A stretch of DNA of 64,000 nucleotides, from NCBI RefSeq assembly GCF_018977255.1, contig NW_024704752.1, forward strand, positions 744,001 through 808,000. The letters run 5' to 3'. Source of the DNA: Callorhinchus milii. Its lineage: Eukaryota. Below the pieces are notes generated by a model. It ran no database searches. It saw nothing but the letters and a program-made list of their open reading frames with translations, and was not told the origin of the DNA. Positions 61,064 to 64,000 of this stretch are shown piece by piece. The stretch's first letter is position 1, and every line of letters begins with the position of its first letter. The position numbers and the translations under genes were made by a program.

Positions 61064-61685
61064 GGTTCAGCATGGTGATGGGTTTCCACATGACAGCACC
61101 CTGTCTCTTTGATCAGGTCTGCATCTGTCTCCCCATCCTCTGGACCACTACACCGCATTCACAGAGTTGACCACTCCATCCTCATCCATTGCCGCTCCTC
61201 CTTCATCCACCTCATTCAGATCGCACTAGTTTGAGTCTTACCTACACAAATCTACTTCTCCTCCTCCAGCTGAGAATCCAGATCTGCCAATGTTCTCTCG
61301 GCTTGTAAGGTAAGGCCTGGGTGAGCAAAAACTTCCAACAACAAAATGTTGACAAGACGGAAGCCATACTCATTGGCTTCCATCAACGACTTCTATCCTG
61401 TGGCTCTGACCTCCTCAACCTTCCTGGCCTATCCCTCAAACTTACCGAACCAGTGCGCAACCTCGGCATCAGGTTCGACACACAGCTATTCTTCCTTACC
61501 CACATCCGGTCCCTGACCAGGACAGCCTTCCTCCACCTCCACCACATTGCCCACCTCTTACCGTACCTTATCCCAGACGCAGAGGCTTGATTCTGATATT
61601 CTGTTGGCAAATAGGTCAGCTTGGAGCCAGTTCAGTTCTAAACCCCGCTTACCCCCACCCCCCGCCATCCACCCCCACCCCCAGC

Positions 61686-61938
61686 GAAATACGGCAGTGA
61701 ATTGTGCACAGCAGTGTCCCACGAACAGGCATGGATTGAAGTTACCGATTTATTTTAAAAGGAATTATTATCTCTGGAAAAACGATCCGCCAATCCACTA
61801 ACAACTGGGTTCCTATTTACTGCGAGGCAAATGGTGGCGTGTGGAGTAAGGAAACTTGCCCAACATTTCGCCCTGCCGGGAATCTAACCCAGGTCTCTCG
61901 TCTGCGAGGGGAGTGCTCTAACCACTGAGCTACAGGAC
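61686..61938 (-). mobile_element. tRNA-derived Deu-SINE (duplicate of 29307-29560)
   Basis: Near-identical sequence and flanks. Confidence 0.82.
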
Positions 61939-61991
61939 TGCACATAACAAAGGATAGTATTACTTAAGGTTTGCTACTGTCAGATGAGATT

Positions 61992-62310
61992 CTGTAGCTC
62001 AGTGGTTAGAGCACTCGCTTTGTAAGTGAGAGACCTGAGTTCAATTCCAGGCAGAGGGCGAAACCTTGGGCAAGTTTCCTTACTCCACACAGAGCCTAAT
62101 AATAATCCCTCCAAAACCCAAAACAATAATAAATTGGTCATTTTCAATCCACGACTGTTTGTGGGACATTGCTGTGCGCAATTGGCTGCTGCGTTCACCC
62201 ACAAATATAGTCAATTCACTTTACAGTATATTCTGTGAAGCGCTTCAGGACGTCTAGGAGACGTGAAAAGCGCTATATCAAATGCAAGGATTATTATTAT
62301 TATTATTATT
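61992..62310 (+). mobile_element. Full-length tRNA-derived Deu-domain SINE with L2-like tail
   Basis: A-box TAGCTCAGTGG, B-box-like GAGTTCAATTCC, core GGGACATTGCTGTGCGCAATTGGCTGCTGCGTT, tail GTGAAAAGCGCTATATCAAATGCAAGGA(TTA)7; empty site at ~29613 and ~39175. Confidence 0.92.
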
Positions 62311-62949
62311 ATATGCTTTGTAGTAGCATTTTTCCATATTCTGGGAATTCTCTGCAAAGAAAGCCAACCTTCCTACCCAATTTCTACCAGTTAGCATTTT
62401 ATTGGCACGACTGACATCGCATTCTTATTAATTATTTATTTTTCTGATTACTAATACAGATATATATATTGTGTGTATTATCTTTAGTCTGGATATTATA
62501 TATATCTATAGTTAAGGCAAACAAATGAAAGGAATGGAAATTTTTAACAAGGTACAAAAAATACATTAGCTGCTTGCCAGCACCTTGGGTCCTCCTCCTG
62601 ATGTGAAAAGCTCCAACAAATGTAAATTGTTGTTGTTGTTGTTAGTCAGCAGGTTCCTATGCTAAAGGAAAAATAGCGCTGGTGATATTGATCGATTTGC
62701 ATGGAGTTATTTGAAAGACATAAACAAGTCCATGAGGTCTCCAGCGTCCTGTTTCCATTTCCAAGGTGAGGAGATTCTTATCCACTGGGATTATCACGAT
62801 GTACCTATGGTTTGCATTGTTAAATCTGTTTGAATGAGTAAATTGACCCACAAATCATTGCAAAGAGAATGTACTATATATATCTGCACAATTAACAGCC
62901 AGGATTCAAATAGAGAGACAATCAGCACCTGTTTCCGAAACGTATTACG

Positions 62950-64000
62950 ATGTACCGTCTATTTTTGTGCTTACTCTTTGCTAGTTCTATGTGGGAATCA
63001 AATGAAGAGACCTGCAAACTACAAGGAACATTTAATTTACCCCAAATATCGAAAGATGGCGATATCGTTCTAGGAGGGATTTTTAATATACACGCTGGTC
63101 GATTAATTCAAATTAATTCTTTTTTTACTGCACCCGAAGAAACAAAATGCAGAAGGTGAGCTCTGTAATCTGATGGAACATGGTCTGTTTTTCTACTGTT
63201 TGTAGAGCAATTACTCCCAGGTCCCTCACGATGGGATTTCGATAACTGAATTCAAATCACAGGAGTGGATTGTGATCACAAAATATTGCGACATTTTAGT
63301 TATTTCATGCAATGGCATCAGTGGCTAGAGAAGTTAATTGTGCACATATATATATATATACTAGATATTATAATTTCTACTAAGTCCTTACAAAGTACCT
63401 CGACCTATTTTGATTTATTTTCTTAACATCCAATGTAGTTTTGAATTACTTTCCAATTTCCAGATATCAATGGTGATTAGATCCATGTTGCTCTTGAGTA
63501 ATCACAACTCTATAGTAATCAGTTTGCCCAACACTGTATTTTGATTAGATGTTTCAAGCTGCTCACCTTCAATTTGTTATCTATGCTAACTTTGTGGTAA
63601 AATTTAACATCAAATTGTATTTACATACGGCCCAGAGTAGTACCTTCGAGCACTTATTTTGAGCGTAACAGACGGATCTTTCTCTTCATTGTACAAAATC
63701 GAAATATTAGCATTAATTATATGTAGCAATTACCTAATTCATCCATTTATTGCCCAGTTTTGATTTCAGAGTCTTTCGCCTTGTGAACACAATGATTTTT
63801 GCAATTGAGGAAATAAATCAGAACAGAGCGATGCTGCCTAATGTTACATTGGGCTATACCATTTATGATGCCTGTGGGTCTCCCACCATTGCGACTAAAA
63901 TAGCTCTGGGTCTTATGAATGGTCAAAAGGAAGAAGAAACAGAGAGTGGCGATGACTGTCAAGAATCTCCCAGTATCCCAGCTCTAGTTGGTGCTGACGG
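62950..64000 (+). CDS. V2R/OlfC receptor gene F (type II), exon 1 and partial exon 2, truncated by window end
   Basis: join(62950..63155,63758..>64000); MYRLFLCLL signal peptide, [25 protein letters not shown]. Confidence 0.9.

Noticed and set aside
61992-62060. tRNA-like sequences (also ~16015, 29490-29560, 31220-31290, 39055-39122, 52941)
   Set aside because: They are SINE heads that continue into a Deu core and L2-like tail; no complete cloverleaf

Overview
Vertebrate genomic DNA, very likely a cartilaginous fish (abundant CR1 and L2 LINEs and tRNA-headed Deu-domain SINEs; the taxon is inferred). The window is part of a tandem, all plus-strand cluster of six-exon class C GPCR genes of the V2R/OlfC (CaSR-like) chemoreceptor family. 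It holds the 3' end of one gene, five complete intact genes (A-E, 861-865 aa), the 5' part of a seventh (F) and two orphan exon-6 fragments. The ectodomains fall into two diverged types (I: A, B; II: C, D, F), yet all genes carry an almost identical exon 5-6 (cysteine-rich domain + 7TM) module. Gene E is an intact type I/type II chimera with a switch inside exon 3. The architecture points to concerted evolution and recombinational shuffling of ligand-binding lobes on a constant signalling domain. All comparisons were made by eye, without alignment software.
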